Shown here: positions 1 to 13,829 of the stretch, one piece after another | Layout: every line of letters begins with the position of its first letter | Position numbering within the stretch: the first letter of the stretch is position 1 | DNA from: Callorhinchus milii | Lineage: Eukaryota | DNA: 64,000 nucleotides | Assembly: GCF_018977255.1 (NCBI RefSeq) | Contig: NW_024704742.1 | Span: forward strand, 119,166,001 to 119,230,000 | Direction: 5' to 3' | Program-made: the position numbers and the translations under genes | The notes under the pieces: model-generated | What the model saw: the letters and a program-made list of their open reading frames with translations, nothing else | Databases searched by the model: none | What the model was told of the DNA's origin: nothing

Positions 1-275
1 TAAAAAGTCCTAACCTGTACAATCTTTCTTGATAGTTCTATCCCCTCATCCCTGTTAACATCCTAGCAAATCTATATTGTATTCTCTCCATTGCCACAAT
101 ATCCTTTGTGTAGAATGGTGACCAGAATTGTATACAGTACAGTACATACAGTTCTCCAAATGTGGTCTAACCAAGGCTATTAAACAAATTTAACATTACT
201 TCCCTACTTTTGTATTTTATTCCCCTGGATGTAAAACACAAGACTCCATTTACATTCTTTACAGGCTTATCCACA
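1..275 (-). mobile_element. CR1-type LINE fragment
   Basis: Similar to the CR1 RT region at 23560-23780 (ccagaattgtatacagtac...tgtggtctaacc). Confidence 0.7.
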
Positions 276-535
276 TGAAAGGTTCAGAACATTTGGGATG
301 AAATAAAGTGAGGCCAGCAGGTTCCTCTCTTATCAGATGGTCAGTGCTTAAAAAAAACATGCAAATGATAGTCAGAAGCCCTTGTGGGGGTTATACACCA
401 GACAGCTTGCAGGGAAATTTCACACATACAGGAGACTAATATGAAAATGAACCCTAACCATACAAGGTGGATTCAAGTAGAAGGAAACAAACAACATTTA
501 TTATTGATAAGAATGTTTGCTAGAAAACTAATTTT

Positions 536-980
536 ATCGGCCAGAGATTGCAATTATTTGGAGAGAACTTCCACCTGGGTTCAGATTTACTTTATTTATG
601 TGGCATTTTAGAGCACCCAGAATTCGGCAAATTGTTGAATTTAGTCTTAACTTTGTAATCTGTTTGCTGTAGTTCTTAAAAGAAAAACGGCTTGAAAATT
701 AAGGCTGAATTTAAGAATCTGCCAAATTCTTGACACTCTGAAATGTTACAGTAAACTCCTCATAACTCGACCCTATCAATAAAGTCTCAAGCTGTCAATT
801 TCTCAGCCACATTTATTTATGTATTTATACATATTCCTAACTTGCCACTCCGGATAACTCATTATTGAACCCTTTTCCTTTAGAGTGATGAGTTTTAGGA
901 GTTTACTGTATATATACCTAGAGTAAATCTAGATTCAAATTGGGGAATTTCTCCCCAATAATGTATTTCCTGCTGGATAT
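536..980. mobile_element. Old palindromic MITE-like element, interrupted by a second MITE
   Basis: Imperfect inverted arms (catttta-gagcacccagaatt versus aattcttgacactctgaaatg). A second copy lies in opposite orientation at ~15069-15265. Confidence 0.5.
749..908. mobile_element. Tc1/mariner-pogo (Tigger-like) MITE
   Basis: TIRs CAGTAAACTCCT...AGGAGTTTACTG flanked by TA on both sides. Confidence 0.75.
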
Positions 981-2114
981 CAGTATCCTTTGGGTTTGTC
1001 CTGCATTCTCTCAAATATCTTCGCAAGGTTTTCTCATTGTTCCATTTCTGGACTCCACAGCTCCAGCTTCTTCACTACAGACAGCGTAACTGTCTGGATT
1101 GAATTTTTCCGATCTGGATATAAATCTCACCACATATACATGAGCGAGGAGCAAACCTTGAACTCTCAACCTAGGAGCCACTCTGTGAGCTGTTGACTGT
1201 CAAACCGCCTCATTTATAAGTTTATTTTATGAATCGCTGTTAAAAAAATGTAATCAGGGAAATTAACCCTTGAAAGGTTATTACTCAGGTTTCTTTAGAT
1301 GTAGCTATCTGAATGATAACCCACCAATGTTAAGAGTTCTTTCTAATGAAAAATACGTTAAAGTGATTAGACCTGATGTACAGCTATCTTGCAGAACTTT
1401 GACAGCTTAATTAAAACAGCATTATCGCTATCTCAACCGTTGTTACTTTATATTCTGTTATGCTGAGATTTGTATCCTTACTAACCACTCCTCAAAGATG
1501 AAATATAATTATAATCTTGTCGGACTGTTCCTGATGACAGCAGACTTGTCAGTAAATACTATTAGTAAATACAGCAGATATCCCATTATAATGTGGTGGT
1601 TGGAAAGTGGGTGGATGGAGGGTCCATAAAATCCTAAGCAGCCGTGTAAAAGGGCTTAATTGCTGGTCAACACTTCTGTGTTGCCATGTCACTGACCACT
1701 TGTCCGCTGACATCAAAGAAAGCTGACTGGCTTCTCATACTGAAAAATGTCCAATATTTGGGTTATCAGGTCACTATCAATGTCACTTTCTGTACACAGC
1801 GCTTGTGTAGCAAGCATGCTGGAAGTGACATCGGCGGTAACCTGAGGCCTGGAAGTCAGATATTTTGTCAGCCCATGGGAAGCTGTCTGCAAGTCCATTG
1901 GTCACATCTTATAAGCAAATCTGCATTATAACAGGGTTTTACTTTCACCATTGCCCCTATTGCCAGTCTCCCTAGCTCCACCATTCACAAAGTCCCATTG
2001 ATTCAGAACTCTGCCACTTGTACCTTCACCTTACCAAACTCTGCAACCCATCATCCCAGTGCTTGCCAGGCTCCACTGTCACAGAGCTAATCAAACTAAT
2101 CAAACTAAGCCATT

Positions 2115-2241
2115 GTTCAGCGCTCCAAGACAAATATGCAGTCAATTCACTTTACAGTGTGTTCTGTGAATCGCTTTGGGACGTCCTCCCGACGTGAAAA
2201 GCGCTATATCAAATGCAAGGATTATTATTATTATTATTATT
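2115..2241 (+). mobile_element. 5'-truncated copy of the same SINE
   Basis: Near-identical 3' end and (TTA)n tail. Confidence 0.85.
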
Positions 2242-2663
2242 ACCTCACATGAAGGGTATTATGTAAATGCAAGTTGTTCTTTTGTTTACCATACTACTTC
2301 TAGTATTTACCAGTCTGGTTCAATTGGCAGCACTCTTGTTCCTGAAGGGTTTTAGACCAACATCTGGAGTTGTCATGGATTTATCCTCATAATCTTCTTC
2401 TCTGTAACTCCCTTCAACAGCAGCTCTGAGTTCGGCAATTTGCTTTGCTCATTGGTGTCAGCCTCCCTCAGTTAGTAATGCTTTCACCTTTTAGTGGGTT
2501 CATGCTCCCTGTTGTCAATTTGAGTTCAGAGTCCAGGCTGACATGCTTCTGGGGAGCTTTGCATTATCCTTGCTTCAGATGATGGAGATCTTGGTTCATC
2601 AGGTACACCATTCTTCCCATCCAAGGAGATCTTTGCAGTGGATGTTTTCAATTGTTTTAAAAT

Positions 2664-2980
2664 GTGGAGTCCTGTAGCTCAGTGGTTAGAGCACTCGCTT
2701 TGCAAGCAAGAGACCTGAGTTCAATTCCAGACAGGGCGAAACCTTGGGAAAGTTTCCTTACTCCACATGCCTAATAATAATCCCTCCAAAAACAATAATG
2801 AATTGGACATTTTCAATCTACGACTGTTTGTGGGACATTGCTGTGCGCAATTGGCTGCCGCGTTTGCCCACAAATATACAGTCAATTCACTTTACAGTGT
2901 GTTCTGTGAAGCGCTTTGGGACGTCCTCCCGACGTGAAAAGCGCTATATCAAAATGCAAGGATTATTATTATTATTATTA
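2664..2980 (+). mobile_element. Full-length tRNA-Ala-derived SINE with L2-type 3' tail
   Basis: A box tagctcagtggttagagc, B box gagttcaattcc, tail gggacgtcctcccgacgtgaaaagcgct...(TTA)n. Confidence 0.9.
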
Positions 2981-3809
2981 AAATTGTTATTTCCCTCTTA
3001 ACTATTCAGGCTAATATTGGGTATGTCAATTGTTGTAAATTATAAACACAAAATTCCAGTACTTTAATTTCCCTTCCCTTCCAAGACACTCAGTTCCAGA
3101 CTAAATCAATCAATCATTCATTGATGACAGGGAAAACTCCACCTTTCCTTAATATACAGTATCTCAATATTAAAGGTGAGCTATGCATTTAATAATAATC
3201 CTTGCATTCGTTAATTTGGTAAAAATCCTTAAATTTCATATCGGGAGACCATATCAAATCCCTTCACAGGATTTACTCTAAAATGTTGTGACTAAAATGT
3301 AGGTGAACTCAGCAGTCAATTTGCACACAGAAACGACCGACAAACAGCCATATATATTAACATTTCTATCTAAAACTTTTTTTGCTATTGACTTTAAGGC
3401 ACGTTGCCGAATAAATCAGGGAACTTTTTCTCAAAAGTCCTTGTGGTTATGGTTTTTCAAGGCTGCTTATGGCTTCCAATTTTGCAAACCACTCATGTGG
3501 AGTTTTTGTTTCAGCAAAGGACTTCTGAGTTGTGACCAATATCTTTCAAAGGCCTTTTGGGGAAATAGGAATGTTTTTTTACCCACAAGTCATGGGATGT
3601 TTCAATTCTAAGTCAGTTTTGCTCTTTGTGTTGTGTCATTTAGGAATGAATTAATCAGCAGATCACAGGCTTCTTTCAGTTCCTTCTAAACAGATCGACA
3701 AGTGGTGTACAAAAACACAAATGAGAGCGTTTCTACCCAGCTACCAAGGTTTAAGATACATATAAGAGGGGAAAAGGAAGAGACAACAGAGAGAATATAA
3801 TGAAATTGG

Positions 3810-3965
3810 AAATATAATCCTTGCATTTGATGTAGTGCAGTTATAGGGGAGGATATCTCAAAGCACTTCACATAATATACTATAGAGTGTAGCGCTTCTG
3901 TATTTTGTAGACGAACGCGGCAGCCAATTAGCGCACAACAATGTCCCACAAACAGCTACGAAGTG
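3810..3965 (-). mobile_element. Truncated SINE 3' part
   Basis: Reverse complement of tgtgggacattg...tgtgaagtgctttgagat...aaatgcaagga. Confidence 0.75.
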
Positions 3966-4394
3966 AGTAACCAATTTTATTTAATATATCATGTTAGGGT
4001 GTTGTGCCAGACCAAGGCACAGGGCTTGAAACGGATGTTCTCTTGACAGAGACAAGAGGTGACCTCTGCAAATAGCTGCAAGGGAAACTGGAGAGTTCCA
4101 CAGCCAGGAGCCACACACTATCTGTAGTAGTCAATCTGCCCTCACATTCTGGCACCCCTCAGATTCCAACTGATGACGCATCTGGAATATATCAGTCTGT
4201 ATTGGCAGGAGAGCAGCTCATTACATCCGCTTCATCATGTCTCAGGCACAGAAACAGCAGGTCAAAAAAGGTTTTGGGTGTTGGCCAGATTCCCAGTGTC
4301 CTGGGAGCCATAGAATAGTCACAGATACATGTTGAAGCAACATCTGAAAACAAGGATTTGGGTTTTTATTTATTTTTATTTATCCAGAGAAGTT

Positions 4395-5367
4395 GTTTCC
4401 TCCTCTACCCTCAACTCCACGACCACCAATGTCCTGACAGCCTGCCTGTCCGACATCGAGTCCTGGATGAGAGACAACTTTCCTCAGCTCAACGTGCGTA
4501 AAACTGAGGCCCTCCTGATTGGCTCACGTCAGCGCCTCCGCACCTCAGGCGCTGACACCATCAGCATCCAAGGCTGCACTCTCCACCTCAAAGACAGTCA
4601 GGAACCTCGAGGTTCTGTTCGACCCTGAGCTGTCCTTTCTCCCTCATATCTGCGCCACAACTGGCACCGCCTTCCATCACCTCCGGAATATTGCCAGACT
4701 ACGGCACTACCTCACCCCTCACGCGGCTGAAACTCTGGTCCACGCCTTTATCACCTCAAGGCTGGACTATGGGAACTCTCTCCTCGCCGGCCTTCCCGGC
4801 ACCTCCCTCCACAAGCTGCAGGTCATTCAGAACTCTGCAGCTCGTGTACTGTCCCGCACCAGACTTCGGGACCACATCACTCCCACCCTCGCTCACCTCC
4901 AATGGCTCCCCATCCCCCAGAGGATTGAATTCAAGATCCTCATCCTCACCTACAAGGCCATTCACGGCCTTGCTCCCTCCTACCTCTATGACCTACTATC
5001 CCCCTACCTACCTTCCCGTACCCTCCGTTCCTCTGGCTCCGGTCTGCTCCACATCCCCCGCCTCAACCGCCCTACCATCGGCGGCCAGGCCTTCAGCCTC
5101 TCAGCCCCGAGGCTCTGGAACTCTATCCCCCAGTGCCTTCGCCGCCTCCTGCCTTTCCTCCTTCAAGGCCGGTCTCAAGACCTTTCTCTTCAACCGTGCC
5201 TTCAGCTCCACTCTCGACTCTCTACACCTTCCTCGCCCCCTCCCTTCCCTCCCCTCACCCTGACCATTTCCCCCCTGCTCGGGTCCCGACCCAACTGTCC
5301 AGCGCCTTGGGACGTCCTCCCGACGTGAAAGGTGCTCCATAAATGCAATCTTGTTGTTGTTGTTGTT
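4395..5367 (+). mobile_element. L2-clade LINE 3' fragment (RT C-terminus, frameshifted)
   Basis: ORF motifs FITSRLDYGNSLLAG, LQVIQNSAARV, HLQWLPIPQRIEFKIL, APRLWNSIP; (TTG)n tail. Confidence 0.93.
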
Positions 5368-5759
5368 TACAATTTTCAGCCATGTGATGATTATCGCTGA
5401 TCAAATTTTTACCTCATTGTCAAACCTTCTACATTTTAGTAAATATTGACCCAGGAACATCTTTTTCAGGGAGGACAACAGAAAAAGAAAATTAGCATAG
5501 ATCAAATACAACACAATATACAGGATTACAGAATATATATTTGAGGACCTATTTTCCAATATACGGACATTAAGACACTTTTGACCGAACATGTCATCGA
5601 CCTGAAACTTTAACTCACTTTCCTCTCTCCATAGATGCTGCCTTACCTGCTGAGTGTTTCCAGAAACTTCAGTTTTTATTACATTATATACATGTTTGAT
5701 GAGCCATTTTCTACATTCCTATGCAGGTGATTTGATGGTGATGGTAAGTTACCTTCTCC

Positions 5760-6000
5760 TCCTGCCATTTGGTTCAGAGGTTGGGGCTTGAGCTCACAAA
5801 CTAAGCTGAAGGCTGATGTTTCTACCAGTCGATTTAGGGAGTGCTTTATTTCCAGAAGTTCCATACCTTGGATAAAACGCTAAACTGAGGACCCATCTGC
5901 TTAATCAGGTGGATGTTAAAGATCACATTGCACTATTCAGAAAGAGATGGGAGTTTCTCCCAGTGCGCTGGCCAACAAGCCTCCAGATAAATTGGTCAAA
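5760..6000 (+). mobile_element. Deu-domain SINE fragment
   Basis: ttggataaaacgctaaactgaggacccatctgc...caggtggatgttaaagatc...gcactattc, similar to the SacSINE1/AmnSINE1 Deu core (from memory). Confidence 0.65.
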
Positions 6001-6654
6001 CTGAGTTTCCTCCTTTAGGCACAACAATTTTTTTCTCTCTCAAAGGCTCTTAACTCTGTATAGATCTAAGATCTGAATTCTGATCCCATATCTGAGGAGG
6101 TTGAGGACCCTAGTACAGCAGACAAGTAAAGGCTGATGAGCGATCCTTCTCTCACATCTAATCTGCATTCTCTCTATTTCTCTCTCTCGCTGTCTTTCTC
6201 TTCTGATCTTCTGAATAGAGTGCTCTGACACATGTTATATTTTCTAGACCACTGGGTTCTCACTTCCTTAAGACTTGTCCATGCTGAGTTTTCCCACTGA
6301 GGCATGGTCTCACTGTCAAGGCCACAACACACAACTTATTAAGTTGAAGCAGGTTTGTGTTTGACGTGAGAAAAATGCATCGCAGATTGCCTTGGTTTCA
6401 TCTTGGAACCTGTTTTCAATCAATGAGAAGTCAATGTTTTAGATTTGTAACTCTGTTCAAAATGAATGTTGGGAACCGAGCAAGTAGAACAAATCAAGCC
6501 AGTAATATGTGGTACATTGCCTTTTTAATAAAACCAATATTTAAAAGATATATTGAATTGTATTAGATAGAGGTGAAGTCAAATTCAAGTGAAAATTATA
6601 AAAATAGAATAGAAAGAGAAAATAAGGAAGGAAAGAGAATAGGATAAGATAAAG

Positions 6655-6935
6655 AAAGGGACAAGATAGGAACAGGAGTAGGCCATTCAGCCCTTGAAGT
6701 CTGTTCCGCCATTTCATGAGATCATGGCTGATCTGTACCTCAACTAATCCTTTCAATTCCAATTTCCTGCTTTCTTCCCATATCCCTTAATTCCCTGACC
6801 TACCAAAAATCTATCAACCTCACTCTTGAAGGTGTGGATGGATCCAGATTCCACAGCCTTTTGGGGGAGAGAATTCCAGATTTCTACCACCCTTTGAGTG
6901 AAAAAATGCTTCCTGATTTCACTGTTAAATGGCCT
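6655..6935 (-). mobile_element. CR1-type LINE 3' end
   Basis: Reverse complement of gggctgaatggcctactcctgttcctat; RVV-W-LP remnants. Confidence 0.8.
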
Positions 6936-7969
6936 AGTTTTTGTTTACATTTTTTTCTTTACAAGTTTTTGTTTACATTTTTTAATTATTTATTTTATTG
7001 TGTGGCATACATGTGGTTAATATTTTCACAGCAGCTACTCATGATATTCACGTGTCTTTTGTTCACATAACGTTAGTATTTGTTTGAGCATCATGGCATG
7101 TGAGCTCAGAACATAACGAATCTTAGGAGCTTGGAATTTCCTGGATCAGCCTATCGTCTGAAGATTAAGGCATGATGTAGAAATGAGATTCCTTTGGGTC
7201 AAGTGATTGATGAAAACAGAGCATAAGTTTCACTGGTGTCTCACTTGATACCGTTCCTTTAAGATGTTTTTCATACACTCTACGTTGCTCCAAGATCTTA
7301 AAACCATATTTAATAATGCATTCATGACTTATAGCAGATTCGTACCAATAATTTGTAAAATTACTGGAGTTAGTCAAACAAATCTCTGTAACAAAACATT
7401 GTTACATACTTAAATGTCAATTATAATACCCTGGTTTAGACTCTGGTATATTATCATGGTTTAATATCCTGGTTGTATTATTTTTCTTCCTCAATTTTTA
7501 TTTTACTCATTGATTGTTGAGCATTGCTGGGCAACTTGGCTGTCACTTTTGCCTACGTTTCTATATTCTATAAAATTGTATTGCTTATTTGCAGATCATT
7601 ATCCCATTCTTTCATTGTGCTATTTATTTTCGATTCAGTCTACATGGTGATTCAAGTGAACATAAACGGATCAAAGAAATTGCTTGCATTCCTTGCCTCA
7701 TTATGAAATATACACCAAATTCAAATTAATGGCTACTCTTCTCTGTTAGTTTATGGAAAGTTCTTGGCATAGATTAGCTGCTTTACATAGCAATATCCAT
7801 TGCTTTGAGATGATTTATTTTTTGCAACAAAGGTGCTGTATAATGCAAGTTGTTGTTGTGCAATGGGTTGCAAATGTAAGGAAAACAGAGGTCTTACAAA
7901 TTTGACCCAGGTGGTTCTTGGAGAAAGTTTACTGAGCAAGTGCAAATATAGTAATAGTAAAAAATTTCA

Positions 7970-9550
7970 GGGCAGATCGAACCATTGGTCCTTCCATTGA
8001 AACTAGACCATTGGTTTATCCAGCAGGATTCGTCCATCCAGCCTATCTTCAATTTCTTTTGATGCGTCTATCTCTAAATATTTCTGAATCCTTTTAGTTG
8101 CCAGGAACATGTGTTCCTTTCTGAAATCCTTTGCGGTTTCTTGTCTCACCATCTGTTCTTGTAGTCTGTTCCAAACGCCTGTGACCCTTTTATTAAAAAC
8201 GTCTCCCGGCCAGAAAGTTTCTATACTTTAATGCATGATTGCAACCCTGGTTTGTGAACTTAACTTTGCGTGGACAGAGTTCCATTCAAAGTAAAGAATG
8301 TTCTGGTAATGACACAATCTGACATGTTCAATGGATCCATTGTCAGCCCAGTTCAGGAATCCTGGACAACAATGGATTGAGGAGGTGTTGGTTAATTGAT
8401 ATGTAGTGTGTAAGTATGGGATTGGAAAGGAAAAACACAGGCAGAGAGTTCTGAATGTTAACCAAAAATTGTGTTTCAGTTTGAGATACCTGGGACTCCA
8501 CTAGTTGTTGTCCCTGTTGATCATGGTTGAAAATCACCATTAAGAATGAATTTAAGAATTTTCCCAAATTGTGCACAATATTGAGCTTTAATTCTTAAGG
8601 TGAAATTTCTTAGCTAGATTCTGGTTCTGCAACTCAGTAACACATTCTGCTCCAAGATTTAATATTCCTCCTCAAATAGTGAGTATGAATGGAAATGAAG
8701 TTTTCTCTGATGTGAATTTACTGACAAAGCCAAGAATGAGATAGGCCTCATCTAGCATGGCTCGGACTCAAGTCATATGTACAGAATATTCTCCACAAAA
8801 TGTAGTGGTTTAAGAGGTAGTTTGGATAACATACCCTTGTTTTCCTGTAGTGACACATACAGAGCAGGTTAAGGCCAGCATTTTGAAGACATTCTAAATC
8901 GTGCCGAGCAAACTTGCAAATTCATTGACTTTTTTGGTGCGTGTAAGGTTGATAAAACCCATACGATTACATTTTATGAAGTGTTCTTATTCAGTGATTG
9001 TGCCATTCCTCACTATCACAGCATGTGTATATAAGATCTGTAACATCCATCAACAAGACTTCAGTTTTACCAGGCTCTGGTATAATGTATTTTCCTCCTG
9101 GAGGGGTAAAAATGGAATATATTACAGTAAAATGGAATGCATTTGTGATCAGGATTCCCGATTTATAATATCAGGCTTTATTACCCAAGGGTTATACTTG
9201 ATCCCCTGCAGTGTAGATGATTCATGTTGCTGGGTCTATAGATGACAGTGTGGAAGTTTGAAGATAATGAATATTTCCAAGGAACAGACCTGTGTGTTGT
9301 TTGGTGATTCTTCACTGACACAGAAAAGATGTTTCCTAGATATTCAGAGAGTCAGTGGAACTCATTCATTCTGATTGACATGATGGTGTGATGTTGTCTA
9401 AGATAAGGTGCAGGATTATGAATAATTTCACACCTGGCATCCCTTCTCATGAGCATCAGTTATAACCAATACTTTCTACTTTCTCATTAATTCTTTGCTT
9501 GACGTGATGACCAAGAGAAATACACCAAATCCATCATGTAAGAAATGGGT
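7970..9550 (-). mobile_element. Highly degenerate CR1-like LINE RT fragment
   Basis: Minus-strand remnants FNKRVTGVWNRL (~8165-8200) and a VTTG..QG-like segment (~8820-8860); many stops. Confidence 0.45.
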
Positions 9551-10069
9551 TATTATTTTTCTCTAAGATACATTACAAAAAAAGTTTATATATTTAAATT
9601 TTTTTGTTCCACTAAAGCTCCAAATATTTTGTCCTATGCCATTTCTTCCTCCTCACTGTTTCTTACATTCTTTCTCAGGACATCAAAACAATAGGACTAC
9701 TTTGCTCCCTCGGTTTTAGGTAGTTGAACTCCAGCATTGCCCCATTGCACACTCCAGTGTACCCAAGCCTTGGCTCTTGCTAATCTACACCTTATACTCT
9801 TTGGGGAGAGAGGGTGCATTCCATTCCAATACACAGAAATGTGCCTGTATAGATGAGATGCGTGGAATTCTTAGTTTGGTTTGGGTACTTTTAAGCATGG
9901 TGATGGGTTTCCGCATTGTGTTAGATACCTGGCAAAATCCCCTCTAAAAAAAATCCCTAGGTATTCTCTTCCTCTCATAATCTATATGATTTTACAATCC
10001 AAGCTTGACATAATCTATTCACTACTTGATATATCTCATCTTCTTTTCTGCTTTTTTCATCCCTTGTGT

Positions 10070-10520
10070 GTCAGCCTTGCTCAGTGGGTAGCAATCTCGA
10101 CACTGAGTCACAAAGTCGTGAGTTTAAGCCCCACATTGGGACTTAGAACTCAAATTGTCTAAATTGACATTCCATAAAATTGTTCTTTTCTTCTAATTTG
10201 ACACTGCAGTATTGGTGTGCTGCATTATTGGGAGGTGCCGTCCTTTGGATGAAATGTTCAACCCAGACCTTCAGGTCTGTTCAGGTGGAAGTCAAAGATT
10301 CCTTGGTACTATTCGGAAAAGAAAAGAAAATTTCTCGCAGTGCCTTGGCCATCAAAGATAATTAATTTCATGGCTGTTTGTGGGACATTGCTTTCCACAA
10401 ATTGTCTGCAGCATTTGCCTACAAAACGCAGTCACTCCAGGTTACAGTTTATCCTGTGAAGTGCTTTGAGATGTCCTCCTGACGTGAAAAGCACTATATG
10501 AAATTTAATGATTCTTCTTG
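10070..10520 (+). mobile_element. Deu-domain SINE (tRNA head, Deu core, L2-type tail)
   Basis: gctcagtgggtagca head; ggaggtgccgtcctttggatga core; tgtgaagtgctttgagatgtcc tail. A shorter copy follows at ~10605-10815. Confidence 0.75.
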
Positions 10521-13500
10521 TATGGTATCCTGCACTCCTGGCTTAGCCCTGCATCTTGGTTTCCCAATTTAAGAAAATGTTATACTGTGTTGATCAGAAT
10601 AGTTAGCTTAGCTCAGTTGGTAGCATTCTCACCTCTGATTCAGAAGGTTGTGGATTCAAGCTTCAGATTGGGACTGACATTCCAATGAAGTTCTAGGGGA
10701 GCCCCTCACAGTATCCTGGCCAGCAATGCCCAAGAATAAAGATAGGTCATTCATGTCATGGCTGTTTGTTGGACATTGCTGTGTGTAAGTTGGCTGCAGC
10801 ATTCACCTACAAATATACAATTGCAAGAGGTTTGGATGAAGAAGGCCCTTCAGCCATCCTTCCAGTTACTACACTTTACAGAAAAACTCTATCACGCACT
10901 TTGACACGTTTCGAAGTGTTAAAGGTTACAACGAATGCAATGATTATAAGAATGATTATTTTTAATATTATGTATAAAAGAGATGCATGTAACCAAACAT
11001 TTATGTAACCAGAATATCCATTTCAACTCTCCTCAAGTGCCTTTTCAATATTAACTGGGCATTTTTAAAAAAATTGTTGATCTATTTTCCAAGAATAAAT
11101 AGTGGCCAGGGAAGAGTTATCTAAATCCTGTACCAGGTCATATGGATTTCATTTCCTTCTGATTGGATTTCAGATCCAAGATGATAAGGTACCAACCACA
11201 TGGGTAATTCTAAGTACTTTATCGGTATTGTGATGGTTTGTACGTGCCTTAAATACACACATCACCCTCAAGGTAAGTAAGATATGAGACCTTATATTGG
11301 CTAGATATTTGTGGTAAACGTTCACTGAGTAGAAACTACTGCAATAACCAAAATATATGCTGTGCCACACCCTGTGCCCTGTGCTTAATCATTGATATAT
11401 TTTTGTTGTGACTATACTATTAAATGCCACCACAGCAGTCCATTGGCTTCATTATTCTGCAAACTTACATGGCGGTTAATCAGTCACTGACTGCTGATCC
11501 CAGTAACAACAACAACAAAAATGACTTGCATTATATAGTGCCTCCCACACAGCGTCCCAGAGCAGATAGCTGAATAAAAACGTCTCACTAATGCTAATGA
11601 GATACTTATCAGTTTCTCAGGTGGTCAACATTTCTAAAATGTAGCTGAGAGCATTATTACATGTATTAAAATATATCTTGTGCTCTGCTTACTAATGTAC
11701 ATTTGTCTATATTTCTCCAGATTGAATGCTGGGAGAGTCTGGATGGCAATATTTACCACACAAACCAGTCTTTTGAACTCCATACATATTCCTTTATTCT
11801 TTGCTAAAAGAATAATAACGGCTTATATATCTAGTGTGATAAGTTTCCAGGTTTGTCATTGGAGATCCACAAATAGCATCCTCCAAACTGTATTGATACC
11901 AACACATTTGTTGGCTCAACATGTTTGAATCCAAACATTGTACCATTGGAACATCATGAAGTGGGCTCATAGCTGCCTCTCCAACACACTGAGATCTTGA
12001 TCTCAACTATGCCAATGTCGAGAGATACCAAATGGAGGTTAGACTCTTTACCACAGGGAAACCAGTCAAGTTCGACCATGCTTCTGCTTCCGAGTGGTCA
12101 GTTTCAGGATGATACCAAATGACCTGGGGAGCAGATGCAGCATATCACATATGGTGCACGAAGCAAGGCTGCCAAGAAAGAGAACAAGGGAGCAAAAAAA
12201 AGAGACAGATTAATGGTGATTTTGAAAGGTCCGTGCGCAGGGGAGACAGCATCTGGTGCAGCTTGAACTTTTCCACAAACATGGCAGAAATTCAGCAGAA
12301 GTTTTGGAGCAGGCCATTCCTGGCTGTTCCAAGAACATAGCCTTCCCTGAAAACATCCAACAGCAAGAAAATTAAGGGCTCTTTACTCAAAGAATTACAC
12401 TGTTGTGCATTTGTATTTTGATTATTTTTCATTAAGTTGTTGGAAGTTCACACACAAAACAACTGCTTATTTGAAATAGAAAAGAATTAGATATTTTGAT
12501 TGTTATAATGGCAACAGCCATTGTGTTTTGCAAAATGATCTCAGTGTATGGTTTCTTTCTCATATGTCTGCCAAACATTAACAAAATTGTGAAATATCTA
12601 ATCATAAGTGTTCATTTACACAGTGTACTTGCACTCTGGACCCGGCATTTCCCAATTTTGGGCTTACATCATTGCATTGTAGGACGAAGTATGGTTGGTT
12701 TCCCAAGATCTCGCCACAATCGTGGTTATTGTTTAGAAAGGCGGCCTTTATAACTCAGTCATTTTATCTTTATTGGTGTGTCTGCCCCATAATCTGTGTT
12801 TTCTTCTGTTGGCCATGAGACAATGCAACAAAAAAAAATGTCACAAAGATAATGTCAAAATTTAGATGTTCCAAGAATAAGAATCAAATCTATCTCCACC
12901 GCACAAAAAGGTTATGCAGGAAAAGAATTGGAAAATGTGTACAAGACAAAGGAAACTTTAGGTATTTTTTTGTAGCACCACTTATTAAAGGTTAAACTTT
13001 ACACAGCAAGCTCATAAATTCCTTGTAAGCATTGGATAAAAATTCGAGATCAAACTATAATTCTGAGATTTACTTAAGGATATAGATTGTTCCACCCACA
13101 CACTGAGTGTATGCTGTGTATTTCAGTCTGAGTTTAAATTACTGGCGATTCCACTTGAGTGCTGCTCAGTTGAATTTAAACATTTCTGGGAAACTGCACA
13201 ATTGTATAAACTTGTAAGATTCGCTTTGAACTTAGATCATGTTATGAAGATTTTTCAGTCCTGCATTCCTAAAAATGCTGAAAAAATAAAGGCAAATATG
13301 TTATAAAGTGGGGGTGTAACATGCACTCTTTTTTCTCCTTGTTTGTAAGGAAGCTGCTGGTTTCTCTGCAATGGCACAACTGAGTTTGGAAGCTCAACTT
13401 ATGAGGCATTTTTACCGTGAATCCATCTCCCTGACACTGCACATTGTATCAAGACAGTGCACTGCCCTGGGATATTGATTAAACTCAACAAAACAAATGA

Positions 13501-13829
13501 GAGGCTTTCGGCCCAACCATAGAAGAGAAGGTAGGAAGTAGAGGAGGGGAGGGAAGGAGGGAGGAGTCACATCTGTGGACCATTTAAATTAAGACTGACT
13601 GGCCACGTTTTTCAAAAATGTGTTGTCTAACCCTTGATGTTAATTGACACATCACTGATTACAACTTGCATCCTGTTCGGATGTTTTTGACTTTGAATTA
13701 ATGCATCTACAAACTTATGTATGATGTAAACAAACACAGTTTTATATATTGTACTGTCTACACCTTCCTCAACCACTGTAAGCTCAAATTACTGGCATAT
13801 GGCATCTGCAACTGAATATGGACTAGACA

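Noticed and set aside
1572..1945. Another Tigger-like MITE (cattataatg / cattataac ends)
   Set aside because: TIR match too degraded and no clear right TA; cannot be supported by eye.
2666..2740. tRNA-Ala genes at the SINE heads (also 20461 and 47189)
   Set aside because: Each continues into the same SINE body and L2 tail, and the T-arm is imperfect.
4519..5328. 269-aa ORF (also 13925..14569 and 28814..29320) as host genes
   Set aside because: These are truncated, frameshifted L2 reverse-transcriptase remnants.
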